Made by a program: the position numbers and the translations under genes. DNA of 64,000 bases from Felis catus (taxonomy: Eukaryota). Of the stretch, positions 1 to 12,126 are shown one piece after another (position 1 is the first letter of the stretch; every line of letters begins with the position of its first letter). The stretch lies in assembly GCF_018350175.1 (NCBI RefSeq), contig NC_058382.1:51276001-51340000 (forward strand), written 5' to 3'. Under the pieces are notes generated by a model. That model did no database searches and had not been told where the DNA came from. It saw only the letters and a list, made by a program, of their open reading frames with translations.

Positions 1-204
1 TAATATTTATTTATTTTTGAGAGAGACAGCAACAGAATGTGACTGGGTTAGGGGCAGAGAGAGAGGGAGAAACAGAATCCAAAGCAGGCTCCAGGCCCTG
101 AGCTATCGGCACAGAGCCCGCAGCGGGGCTTGAACCCATGAGCTGTGAGATCATGACCTGAGCTGAACTCTGATGCTGAACCCACTAAGCCACCCAGGCA
201 CCCC
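1..204 (-). mobile_element. Can-SINE (SINEC)
   Basis: Reverse complement of GGGGTGCCTGGGTGGCTTAGT head, (CT)n region and A-rich tail. Confidence 0.9.
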
Positions 205-249
205 TCGATTTCTTGATTTTACTTCTCTCTCTCTTTTTAATGGACTTTT

Positions 250-476
250 TTTTTTTTTTTAATTTTTTTTTCAACGTTTATTTATTTTTGGGACAGAGAG
301 AGACAGAGCATGAACGGGGGAGGGGCAGAGAGAGAGAGGGAGACACAGAATCGGAAACAGGCTCCAGGCTCTGAGCCACCAGCCCAGAGCCTGACGCGGG
401 GCTCGAACTCCCGGACCGCGAGATCGTGACCTAGCTGAAGTCGGACGCTCAACCGACTGCGCCACCCAGGCGCCCC
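250..476 (-). mobile_element. Young felid Can-SINE (SINEC_Fc type) with TSD
   Basis: GGGGCGCCTGGGTGGCGCAGTCGG head; TSD TCTTTTTAATGGACTTTT at 232-249 and 477-494. Confidence 0.95.
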
Positions 477-1077
477 TCTTTTTAATGGACTTTTGACACC
501 AGCTTCTGCCAGTTTTCCCAGGATCCCATCTGCAGGCGCTGGAATGAGTGGGGGTGTCCCCGGGGCTCTCATCCTTGTTATCAAAAACTGTAAAGGAGGA
601 AAAATAATTCTCCCTCTTCCCTTTTGGTGAGTGGCCGAGACCCTTCTTTTTCTACGGTGCCTCGTAAATGGATACGCTCATCTAGGCTAAAAGTTCTCCA
701 CTATGGCCACTCTAGCCCAAGGTGATCCCTGATACATTTAACCTGCTTGTTTTCAGCCTTAAAACAAAATTATATTCACCTGCAGACTCACACCGGCTCA
801 GAGTCGGAAGCTGTTAGCTTTTTAAGTCGGACCTGGCTCAATCCGTGGCCCGTTCCGGTTCCGGCCGCGGTCTGGAAAAAGAGGTGCTCCCATAGTCTGA
901 AAGCTCCGAACACCAAGTCCGTGGAGCCAGGACCCGGGATGTGAGAGGAACGACCCCCCACCTCCAGACGCCCAGGAGCAGGGAGCTCCAGGGAGCCCGC
1001 AGGTAGGATCTCGCCCGGTCACTCTGGCCCCTGGGGGATGGCAGGGTCTCCTTTGGCTCCTTCTCTGACACCAGAAC

Positions 1078-1468
1078 GGTTGAAAGGTAAACTGAGGCCC
1101 ATTAAAGAGTTTAAGAGTTTATCTGCACAAAAGTGGATTCGAATCCGGCAGCATTCAGTTCAGTGGATAGAAAGGCGCTCCGAGGAGCGGGAACAGTGAA
1201 GGAGCCTACGGGCAGCCTGGAGCGCGAGCAAAGAAGTTTTCTAGGCAGAAAAGGGCTGGTTACTGCAGAGTTCTTTTCCTTTAGGGAGGAGCGGGTGGGC
1301 GGGGCGTCCAGCCGGTAGGTCACGCGTGGCGGGCTGATCCGGTGATTGATGGACCGGTTTAAGTCTACTTCTGAGAGATCCCAAAGTGTAACTAAGTGAA
1401 GTGTCAGTTTCGTGACCCGGGGCTTGGCATAGTGATTCCATTTGGGGCCTAGTGTCTTGTTTGTAACA
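1078..1468 (-). mobile_element. Solo LTR, ERV1-like
   Basis: Minus strand begins TGTTACAAACAAGACACTAGGCCCCAAATGG and ends ATAAACTCTTAAACTCTTTAATGGGCCTCAGTTTACCTTTCAAC, a typical ERV1 LTR terminus; ~390 bp. TSD not resolved. Confidence 0.65.
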
Positions 1469-2499
1469 AAGGGTGGGGGCATTATCCTTGTTAAAAAGAC
1501 GGGGTGCAGGCGACGTGCTGGCATTTGAAGGGCCAGATGCAGTTTTCTTTATACATTGTCACACGCGTGTGGGTTCCAAGTGCTTCTGCGGACCTTGTGA
1601 GAAATCCCACTTGCTGGTTACTGCTTTCCTTCTGCACCAGAAATAAGTTCTTGTTACCCATCAGTGCTTAAAATACTGCTTTCATTGAGGAAGGAGCTCC
1701 CATCAAATGGAGCTCTTCCCTCTTGAAAGAAGCCTCAGAAACTGGAGCGTCCCTGGGCGCACAAACCCGCTTGGGTCCGCTAGAGCTCGTGTTCCTTCTC
1801 TTTGACTCAGTTCCTTAGGAAATCTGAGTACCTTTTGAGTGGACACTGTGGGCCCCGGACGCACGTGGTAAAGACTTGACAAACTTGTCATTGTTATCTT
1901 TTAGCCTCTGGCCAAAAAAGAGTGTGGAGGAACTGACAAAAGGTTCCACTCCTGTCCTGTTGGTAAACTCGAGATGGTTTGCTTTTGTGTACAGGCTTCT
2001 GAGTGCGTCAGAGAAAGAAAGGGATGGAAGGAAAGGAAGAAGGAGGGAGACAGCGAAGAGGAGGGAGAGGAAAAGGGAGGGGGGCAGGCCAGGGAGGGAA
2101 ATGGAAGGAGAGGAGAGAAGGAAGAATGGAAAATCTTGCATTTGGGAAAGTGAAGTGGAACTTGCTAGACGACGAAGGGGTTCGTGGGTTACCCCTGTTC
2201 CGGAGCCCCATCCTATGGCTGGGCCGGATGCCCTCTTCAGGACGCCTCGGAAGAAGTGCAAAACCAAAGCAGGGTCAGAGATGGACCTCCATCCCGGGTT
2301 GTGAACTAGGAATGGGAAAGGAACTCTGTTAGCAAAGATTCAGGTATGTCAGTTGGGACTCAGTAGAGGTCGGTAACACTGGACTTGAGAGCATTTTTGA
2401 CCACGATAGACTATATAGTAATAAGGTGCTTTTTATGTGTAAGATCTCATTATAGTCTCAAAATAATGATGTAAATAAAATAAGTAGATGTGGCCGAAG

Positions 2500-3118
2500 C
2501 TGTGAGGTTCCCCTTGTGGAAGGAAGAACTCTGGGATCGCCCTCCATGATCCACGACCATGAGTAATTCACCCTCTTGGTTGGGGGGAATCCTACATGGG
2601 TGACAGGCTGCCACTTTGTCATGAGTATGCCTTATGACACAGCTGACTTCAAGAAAGGGCGACAGTCCTCAGCGGGGCTGACCTGTTCAGGGGAGCCCTT
2701 AAAAGGGACTGGGTGCGGGGCAGCTGGGTGGCTCAGTCGGTGAAGCGTCTGACTTCAGATGGTGGCTCAGGTCATGATCACATTCATGAGCCTGACCTTC
2801 ATTGGGCTCTCTGCTGTCAGCACAGAGCCTGTATCAGATCCTCTGTCCCCCTTTCTCTCTCTCCCCCTCCCCACTTGTTTTCTCGTTTCCTCTCTCTCTC
2901 CAAATAAATACACTAAAAAACCAAAACCAAACAAACAAAGAAGAAACCCAGAGAGAGACTGGCTGCTTCCTGGTGAAAGAGATTCAAACCATGGGAGGGA
3001 TTGGACACAGGGGATCTTCGCCCTTGCTGGCTTTGAAGCTAGAGGGGGCCGCGTGACAAGGAATGAGGCCGCTTCTGTAAGCCCCGGAGGCCATCCAGCT
3101 GCCAGCCAGCAAGGACAC
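2500..3118 (+). mobile_element. MaLR LTR (MLT1E-like) interrupted by a SINE
   Basis: MLT1 motifs CTGACTTCAAGAAAGGG, GAGCCCTTAAAAG, TTGCTGGCTTTGAAG and GCCAGCAAGGA. Confidence 0.7.
2717..2945 (+). mobile_element. Can-SINE inserted in the MLT1
   Basis: GGGGCAGCTGGGTGGCTCAGTCGG head, CT tract, AAATAAA tail. Confidence 0.9.
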
Positions 3119-3149
3119 TTTTCAATTCATTTGCATTATTAATATTTTT

Positions 3150-3336
3150 CCATCGGGTTCGGGAACATTTTTTGTAAAGGGCCTGCTGGTACATATTTCA
3201 GGTTTTGCAGCCACACACAGTACGTGTTGCTGTCACGTATTTTCTCTCTGCCTTCCTTTTAGATTTTAAAACGTAAAAAAATGCTTCGTTTAAGGACTGA
3301 ACCCAAACAGGTGTGGGCTGGTTTGCCAGCTGCTGG
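3150..3336 (+). mobile_element. hAT-Charlie MITE (MER58-like)
   Basis: TTTTTTGTAAAGGGCC...ATATTTCAGGTTTTGCAGCCACA resembles the MER58 start. Confidence 0.6.
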
Positions 3337-3364
3337 TCCGGATAATCAACAAAACAATAAATTA

Positions 3365-3625
3365 AGGCTTGAATTGCGGCTTTGCCAATTCCTGTAGTGT
3401 AAATAGACCGGCCGTGATGGATTTCAAGCTACCAACGTCAAGTTTCTTGAAGTCAGGAAAAGATCGGCGGTAGCCTATGGTCATGTAATATTTGCATGCA
3501 TCAACACTGGTAAATAACCACCTGTAAGAGCATAGATAGTAGTAAAATACAGTCAACGTAATCAGGAAGGGTTGAGATTTGAGTATCTGTTGCCCTTGTT
3601 TTTCATATAAATTGTTGTGCATTTC
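3365..3625. mobile_element. Ancient hAT DNA transposon fragment (Arthur1/Tip100-like)
   Basis: GATTTCAAGCTACCAACG...AAGAGCATAGATAGTAGTAAAAT motifs; family assigned from memory. Confidence 0.5.
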
Positions 3626-6600
3626 TGTAATTGAACTTTCATAAAGGCTGTGTGTGACCACTCCTGGACCCGCTGAGGGGTTAAGAGCTGGCTCTGGGCT
3701 GGGACCCGTCATCCCAACACAACACTGCTTGTGCCCTTCTGATGGGGTCGGGGGGGGGGGGTGTTCCTCATGATTCCCTCCTGGGAGCTGACTGTGGGCC
3801 CCTCCACCCTGCAGACGTGACTGTGTTACAGGCGAGGGGAACAGTGGGAACAGAGGGGTCCTTCGAGCCCAGGACCCAAGAGGGGTCGCCTGTTGTGACC
3901 TCCTGTGAGGCAGAGGGGAAGTGAGCTGCTCACTTGCTCAGGCTGCTCCTCTCTTGGGGTTTTGTTACAACTATTGGCTCTATATTCTAATGCGGTTTGG
4001 GAATTGCCTTGTTTGAGTGAGGAACCCAGTCCTCAGAGAGGAAATCGCCTTGCCGGCGTCACAGGAAAAGTCCCATGCTTAGCATTTTAAACCACACCTT
4101 GAACGCCCCCGTGATTCCTGTTACATCCCGTTGCAAATCAAATCCCTCCGCCAGTCATCGGTAGCGACAGCCAGCTCAGGCGTGTAAAGAGGCCCCTGAC
4201 TGCCGTGGCCTGGCTAGTGCTCTGGGCTCCGGCAGTGTTTCCCTGGGCCGCACAGGATGTAGTTGGAGAAGGTGACCTGTGAAGCGGGGGAGCTGGGCCT
4301 CCCTGGGCAGTCGCGGAGTGGGGGGGACAGAGGTGGCCACAGGGCCTTGTCGTACCTGACACTTTGTTGAACACAAGCAGGGAGCTCATTGCTGTGCTGC
4401 ATGCCACAGGGGTCACAGAAATACAGGAGAAAAGTCACCTGATATCCAAATATGTGCATTTCCCCCAGCTTCAATGTCCCCCTATCCATATGCGTCAGGA
4501 CCGCTTTGGATGATTCCAGTCTTACAAGACCACATGTGCCCAGGACCTGATTCATTCCTGACTCAGAAAATGACAGGTAGACGCACTTTGTGATCATTTT
4601 CCAGTTGAGATTTTCTAAGTTCTTGTAACACACAGAGATATAATTAAAATATCGAGATCCGTATTATGCAGTAAAACCGTTAAACATCGTGGTAGCTCAT
4701 TTAACATGGCTTTTCCTTGAACGAGCTCTCTTTCCTTGTTGGGTGTAGAAATATGTTTATAGGTCAAAGGCAGTAGTGATCTTTGCTCTCAAAATGACTA
4801 CTTTTGGGCATTAGAAATGTCTTAGGTTCTCTGTTTTGTCTTAGTCCTGGTCAGCCTAACTGCAAGCCAGGCAGAGGGACTTAATTTTCACTGCGTCTTC
4901 TCTGTACCAACACCAGCTGGAGGCCAGTTATTAAATATTATGACGTAATTTTGCTCCCTGTGTTGGGAGGTCAGGGAGCCATATTCCAGGAACACAAATT
5001 CTGGGGAACTGCAGCTTGCTATTTCCAGTGTCTCCGAGTTACTTACTTTTTTCAGGATGTTTTATGGTGCTGACCCTTCATTTGTCAGAGTCTTCCCGTG
5101 TTAAACGTGTGAGGGTCACATGTCTCTTGGCCTCATTGTGTCTTGGGCTTTGACCACTTGCTAATTGGCCATACCATGGGCAAACCATGGCCACCGTGAC
5201 CTCATCTAATCGCAGCATGGACTAGCTCCTCTCTCCCCCAAGGTGGCATCCGGACGGACTCCTGTGTCACCACTGGATGGGAGACACGGGAGCTCCGGTA
5301 GGCAGCTCTGACTTGATAGATCCCCGGAGGCTGTGTTTCCTCCTCCCACCTCTGGGCGAGAATGAAGTGCTGCCATGTGGCTTAACTGAGTGTGCCGTAT
5401 GGCTTCACCAGTAAACGCTGAAATGCTCAGATGACGAGCTGGAGAGGAGAAGGCCTTAACTACTGGTGGGGCCAATCTTGACCAGTGAAAGAGGGAGACG
5501 ATAGGAAGCTGGAAACACACGCTCTGTCTTTGTCCTCTGACGCTCTGGTCTGAAGTCGGGATTTGCTGCGTGCAGCCCACCAATGTCCTGTGTACCGAGT
5601 GACCAGCTCTTTGTCTTTGGGAAGCAGCAGGCTCCCGGGTAACGCATTACTTGTGTCGGGAAAGAATTCCTGAGTTTTCCAGGTCAACATGGCACCAGCT
5701 GAAAATAAGAATTCAACCCTTCTGTAATGACATCGCAACTGCTAGCATATTGGCATCTACGATAGGCTGGAATCCACATAGAATAGCAGAAATAAAAACA
5801 CAAGCAAGTATTACAAGAGATCATCTAATAAAATGAATCACGTGTGTTAGCTAACGCCTCAGAGGACTCCAGCTGCCCCATCCAGGTACTTACACAGTTG
5901 GATTCGGAGTACAGAGTAGATGTTGAGAAACAGGACTAATGATTGCATAGGCCCAAGTTACTGAAAAGAACCGGCCCCTGAGAACAGGACTGGCCGAATC
6001 TGTGGTTCTGGGCGCGGAACAGCCACGCGGGAACCCCCTGGTCGTCCGGGGCCCATCGCTTCTGGCTTCCCGGTGGAAGTAAGTGCGGGCCACCCGGACC
6101 GGAACAGGCCGAAGCCGCTGTTCCCAGTGGACCGATAGCAAGGGAGTCAGTCACCGTCATTCGCCTTGGGCAGGGACTCCAAGGTAGATGGGAGGAGAAG
6201 AGCTTTCTGGTGCACAAAACCCGAGGCTGCGGGTGGCCCTGGCTGGTGGCTGTAACCGGGGCTGACCCCAGGGGGCGCATCTGTGTGGTTGGGTGGGGCT
6301 GCGTTCTCCTGGGGCCTCAGGGAAGGCTTTGTCCGTGGGCCCTAAGTTGGAAGTGAGGGCTGAAATGAGGAAGAGGGTCAGTTATTCCAGTCCCGACTCT
6401 CTGGGGACAGTCGCTAAAGGAGTTGTCTGGCTTCCTGGCCTGGGTCAGGAGGATCCTGAGGACTGTCGGATGGCTTCCTGCAGGCGGTAGCGCCTGTGGG
6501 GGGTCCCGTCCCCCCGTGTGTTCTGGCTCTTGTCCGCTTGTACCTTCAGTCTCTCAGCCCCGAGCACCGTGAAGTACACAGTCAAGAAACAAATGCTATT

Positions 6601-7442
6601 GTGTGTAAGTGCTATACAAATGAACCGATTCTAAGTACTAAATCAGGGTTATAATCTAGTCTTCACTATTATTTCTTTGGAGAATTATGTCCTAGATTTT
6701 TGCTAAACATGAGTTCCAGGGAAAGGTCATCTTGATACGATTTTAAATAAAAAGGAGGGTTGGGTGTGGTTGGAGAGGGGAGGTAAAAAGATGAGAAGGT
6801 CGCCAGCATAATCTACCTGTCATAGTAGAATGGCTACATGATTCACAAGACAAAGGACAAGCTCAGTCTGAGAAAGGGAACATTGAAGACCTGACCCATA
6901 GTTGCTCTGCCTTGGAGGCATTTAAAAACGTCAAGTAAGGTACTGTTATCCTTCTCTAGCCTAGCCTTGGGAACGTTTCTGTGCGTGGTGTTGCTCGATA
7001 AGGGTCGGAAGGTTAGAGAGAGTTGGAACCATGTAAGTCCCTTCGGGGCTTTGGTTTGATAAAAAGGCAGTGAATGGGGTTCCAGTTCAGGTCATCTGCT
7101 CAGTGTGGACAAACAGGATTTTGGCCTCCATGAGTTTGCAATTCAGTTGTTTTGAAAAAGGAAGAGTATTTGAATAAGAATATTAAGAAGATAAATTGAG
7201 GTCAGGAGAATTTAGAAAGAGACCCTCAACCGCTAATAAAACCAGCCATGACATTAGCTAGTTTGTTTGCACTTGCACATGGAAGTGGTTATTCTAAAGG
7301 CTAAAATGATGTTGATACCTCACAGATTCCAGATACGTTCCAGAACAATTGACATTTATCAAGAGACATTAGAATCAAGGGCTTTTTGGCTTCATGGGGA
7401 AAATGATTTTCATTAGTAAATAAAAATTCTTCTCCATAAGAG

Positions 7443-7898
7443 GTGGTATACCGGCTTCCTAGGGCACTGTACCAAAATAGCCCAAACTGGGTCGTGTAAA
7501 GCAACAGTAATGTATTCATTCACAGTTCTGGGGGCTAGAAGTTCAAAATCAAGGTGTTGACAAGGTTAGGTGTTCTGGGGGCTCTAAGGGAGAAACCTTC
7601 TCGTACTTTTCTTCTTTCCTTCGGTGGTTATAGCAAATCTTTGGTATATCTTGGTTTGTGGACATCTCACTCCAGTCTCTGTCACCACCTTCACATTGCC
7701 TTCTTTACTGTGCTTCCGTGTATCCTTTTCTGCCTCTTGTGAAGATATTCTTACTGCCTAGAACCCATCCTAATCCAGTATGTTCTTATTTTGATTCCTA
7801 ACTAATGAATTCTCCAAAGGCCCTCTGTCTAAAAAAAGTTACGTTCAGATACTCTGAGTAGACATGAATTTGTGAAACAGAGTATGGAACGCACTACA
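7443..7898 (-). mobile_element. MaLR LTR (MLT1B/C-like)
   Basis: CACAGTTCTGGGGGCTAGAAGTTCAAAATCAAGGTGTTGACAAGG is the MLT1 antisense signature. Confidence 0.8.
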
Positions 7899-8448
7899 GA
7901 TGGGTCCTCTGAATTATCTTAGAAAAAGAGCCGAACTAGCACAGCAAGTTTTGTAGTGTGAAATCTGGCCCCTGGCCTCACTGGAAATAGGACCTGAATA
8001 AATCAAACTTGCAAACTGTTACGTCCAGATTTATTCATCTGTAAAATACGAATAAAACTTAGCAAAAAATGCGATCATGAGCTTTAAGTGAAATACTCAC
8101 CATAAAAGTTGGTTGCTTGGTTTTGTTGTTTGTTCTCACTGGCTCGATATCTTCCACTTTCGAATTAGTTTGTAGTTTTAGAGCACGAGATTTTTAAAAA
8201 TTTAAGCCTATGTTCAGATCTATAGGGCTTGTGTAAGCATTGTTGGGGATCATTGAGGCAGATGATCATTTATTTTTATTAGAAATACTGTAAAGAAATA
8301 GGAATCAACCCGTTTCCCAATTCTGCAAAAACCTTGGTGATTTTAAGTCCATATTCAAAAGCTTGTTTAGGGACATTGAAGTATTCTCATCCATTCTCCT
8401 CGGAGATACAAAAACATGTACATTCTAGAGTTCCAAGTTCAAAAAAAG

Positions 8449-8647
8449 TTTTTAATTTATTTATTTTGAGAGAGACAGGCAGCATGAGTGGGGGAGGGCA
8501 GAGAGAGTGGGAGAGAGAGAATCCCAAGCAAGCTCTGTGCGGCCACCACAGAGTCTGATGGGGAGCTTGAACTCACAAACCGTGAGATCTTTACCTGAAT
8601 TGCAACAAAGAGTCGGACACTTAACTGACTGAGCCACCCAGGTGCCC
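8449..8647 (-). mobile_element. Can-SINE
   Basis: Ends GAGCCACCCAGGTGCCC on +; TTTATTT tail. Confidence 0.9.
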
Positions 8648-8674
8648 TCAACAATTTTTTAAAAGTCTCTTTGC

Positions 8675-8812
8675 TTATTTTGGGAGAGAGCGAGTGATCT
8701 GGGGCAGGGTGGAGAGAAGGGGAGAGAGAAGCCCAAGCAGCCCCTGCACTGTCAGCGCAGAGCCTGATGTGTGGATCGATCCCACAACTGTGGGGTCATG
8801 ACCTGAGCCCAT
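8675..8812 (-). mobile_element. Can-SINE, 5'-truncated
   Basis: GCACTGTCAGCGCAGAGCCTGATG...TCATGACCTGAGCC; head missing. Confidence 0.8.
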
Positions 8813-9651
8813 ATCCCATAAAAATACTGGCAAAACATCGGCTTGGCCATGACAGAAACAAACCTGGGAAAAAGGCTTCTGTAAAGTAAGGCAAACAGAA
8901 AGAATGTTCATTCCCAAGATGGCAGCTTCCCCTTTTTCTGAGATTGTAAAGTTGATGTGTACCGATGTATTGGCACCCGATAAATGATGTGATTACACGA
9001 TCATGGCTGTATGTGCACATGCAGGCGAAGGTTCATCACAAACAGGTCTCAGAAAACCAGGGCAAGCGGAGTTTCCTGCTGGGCACGTAATAAAGGAGAG
9101 TGGGAAGGCAAAAGAACAATGAGAGGACAGAAAAATGCACCACTTAGCCTGGTCCAATCACTCTTGCTCTGTAGGTCTGTGACTTTGACGCTATTTGCAG
9201 TTATTTACAGCCTTTTCCATGGGGTTTAATGAAACCCAGAAACGTCTCCACCTTCTGTGGTGCGGTTGTCTATTGGGATCGATGTTCAGCTGGCAGCTTC
9301 ATGCTCTTACTTTGTTAAAAGAGACATTTTAATGCTCATTCCATTTCAATTTCTGGAAATTGCTCTATTTCAGTGTGGTGGCTCTCTTCTATCCTAGACT
9401 CGATGATGGCACGTTATTGCCCTGCGTGTCCACTGAAGGTAAATGTGATGGGTCCCATCCTGAGGACGGCTTTGACTTCGTTTCCTAAAATGTCCTTTAG
9501 ATAGGCTGATTGTTTGGGTGAACGATAACGCAAAAACTCTGTAAAAATGAGTTAAAATGTTAGCTCGGGAAAAGGAAAATTTTTTAAGAGATTAGTAGCA
9601 AAACTTTGGGTTCAATTGATGAAATGTTCATTCACTCATTGGTTCAGGAGT

Positions 9652-9821
9652 ATTTTTTCTTTTAGAGCAAGTGAGAGAGAGCAAGCACGGTAGAGGGGCA
9701 GAGGGAGAGAGAATCTTAAGTGTGGAGCCTGACATGGGGCGTGATCTCACAACCCTGGGATCATGACCTGAGCCAAACTCAAGAGTCAAATGCTCAGAGG
9801 ACTAAGCCACCCAGGTGCCCC
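9652..9821 (-). mobile_element. Can-SINE
   Basis: GATCATGACCTGAGCCAAA...GCCACCCAGGTGCCCC. Confidence 0.88.
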
Positions 9822-11619
9822 TATTCAGTAGTGTTTCTGAATGTCCTCTCTGTACCAACACTGTATAATGCTTGGTTATAACTTGATTAAAAAAACAAAG
9901 AAAAGCCACTGTCCTAGGAGCTGAGTTCAATGTAGGATTCAATCAATAAACAAGCGAACAAGTAAAAATTCAAATTTTATACTAAATTACAGTATTTGAA
10001 TGCTATTATAGAGTATAATTTACTTGGGCTCCTAGTCAAAAAGTGTACTTACGGAAAGTCCCTCAAGGAGTTTGTATTTAAACCAAAACTCGGTGACAAC
10101 CGGTCTGCCATGTGAAAAATGAACAGTGTCATTCTAGGGAAAGGAAGTGCCGTAAGGAAAGGACTGGAGATGGTCAAAGCTTTCACATATTTGAGAAATG
10201 AAAAGGGAGACAGGGTACTGAGAGGGAGGCAGAATTGAAATCAGGGAAGGTGTAGTTTGTACTATTGAGGTGTTTTAAATCACAGGAAGGTGTTTGCAAT
10301 AGACACCAAAGATGGGCCACTATGGTAATGCCATTCCTTCTTTACTGATTGGTATGACTTCTGTTATTCAATTGAAGTTATTGAATAAAATACATTTATT
10401 CTGGGTACACTCATAGACACCCACTTCAGTGATGAAGACAGGCCATCTCAGGCCACCCGATGGAGAAGAACAGGCATTGTGATGGGGCCAGTGTGCTGAA
10501 GGGAAGGACAGAGACTTTGAAAAGACCCAGACTGAGGTTAAGTGGTGGAAGCCGATTTAGATCTTAATTCACTTTTAATCTTTAACATGATTCTGTTGAA
10601 CTTCAGTGGATTAGAAAATAAATCCTGGAATTGCTGATGTATGCTGATGCAACGCAGCCCAATAAGCCATGGGATAAGGTGTCGTGTCAAGCGGGATTCA
10701 GGAATTGACAATGCCATGGAGATGGCATGGTTTTCCGGTTTCGATCTTGTACTTTCAAAAGAAGACGGAAATGGGTAGAAGCTTAAAATCTTGTGACGTG
10801 CATATACTGTAACCATGTATGCATCAAGAATGTTAAAATTCAGTGCTGTACCAATAATGTCCCCAATTTATAGAGCATTGGCTTCACTGGAGAGTTTGGG
10901 GGAAGGGTGTGCAGGCAATACGGTCAATATAGTGGATAGAATTATCCTTGAACGCCTAGTTCTATACTTAGTTTTTCTGCTTTCAGCCTCAATGTATTTG
11001 TCCCTTTACCAATTATCCTTTCATGTCTTCCTGGGCCCTACCCTGTTTTTGAGTCCTTCAGACAAAGGAAGTGCTCTGTAATATACCCTCTCTCACGCGG
11101 TAACGCACTATTTTCTATAATTGCTGAAATGCCTACCGTGCTGGACATACAGGAAAGGAGACGCTGTCCTTCCTCGCAAAATGCTGAAACTGGATTAGTA
11201 GGAAGAAATACTTAGATTAATGACTACAATGTAGGGAAAAAGTTAGGGTTGGTGCAGGAGACATTTAAAACACCCGAGGGTGGAATTGCGAAGAGAGAGT
11301 AACATCGGGTTGGAAGGGGAGGTCGAACACCTTTACGGAGGCAGCAGCATTTGAACGGATACCTGAGGAACGGACATTATTTTACAGGCCAGGAAAGGAG
11401 GTCGAGGTGCGGAACGTGGTGAGGGGCCATGAGGCGTGCACGTGCTAATCTTGGGGAGGGTGGAATGATTGCCTCCAACTGATGGTTTGGACGGAAGCCA
11501 GTATTACCCGGCTTGTTCATGCCCTTTATTCGCCCTGTTGGCACCAAATGACTTTGGTGGTCATCAGAAATAAAGCCTACCTAGTAAGATAAAGATACCT
11601 ATTCTGATACGTTTATGTC

Positions 11620-11785
11620 TGTGTTACTGTCGGATTCAGGATCCTAGTGATTCACACCTTTTTGCAGTTCACTCCCACCTTGCACCAAGGTTGGTCTCCG
11701 GGACCAATATAATGCAGACGAGAGGATGGGATGTCACTTCTGAGATTAAGTCATAAACAGTATGTCCTGGTTTAAGCAGCTAAGG
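11620..11785 (+). mobile_element. MaLR LTR fragment (MLT1-like)
   Basis: GATGGGATGTCACTTCTGAGATTAAGTCATAAA and GTTTAAGCAGCTAAG motifs. Confidence 0.6.
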
Positions 11786-12126
11786 TTGTGTTCATGGAGC
11801 ACAAGCAAGGGCAAACTCAGGGTCTGTGCTCTAAGTTTTGCAGTCCTGTTCCTAACCTTATTAAACCCACTTGTGTCTTCGATAACAACAAATATACATT
11901 AACTATTTCAAAATAGATTAAGGTTACTTAAAAATAATGACAATGGCAAATCAAAACAAATCTTTTTCTTTTTAAGGGCCTATTTCCCCCTGGATGTTTC
12001 TTTGTTTTTTGTTTTTTGTTTTTTGTTTTTTCAGGTAATGATATAATGATAATTTACATAATATGTGGTAATGTGATAGAAATTGGGGAGATGCTATAAA
12101 GTGGTAGTAAGGGCTTCTGAGAATGA

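Noticed and set aside
271..584. Recurring MAQSVERPTSA / NVYLFLGQRETEHERGRG ORFs here and elsewhere
   Set aside because: These are translations of Can-SINEs, not genes or a repeat array.
747..2332. Possible SYCE1L/MON1B exons, which I recall as syntenic neighbours
   Set aside because: No frame resembles those proteins; ORF 1876..2304 is driven by a GA-rich low-complexity tract.
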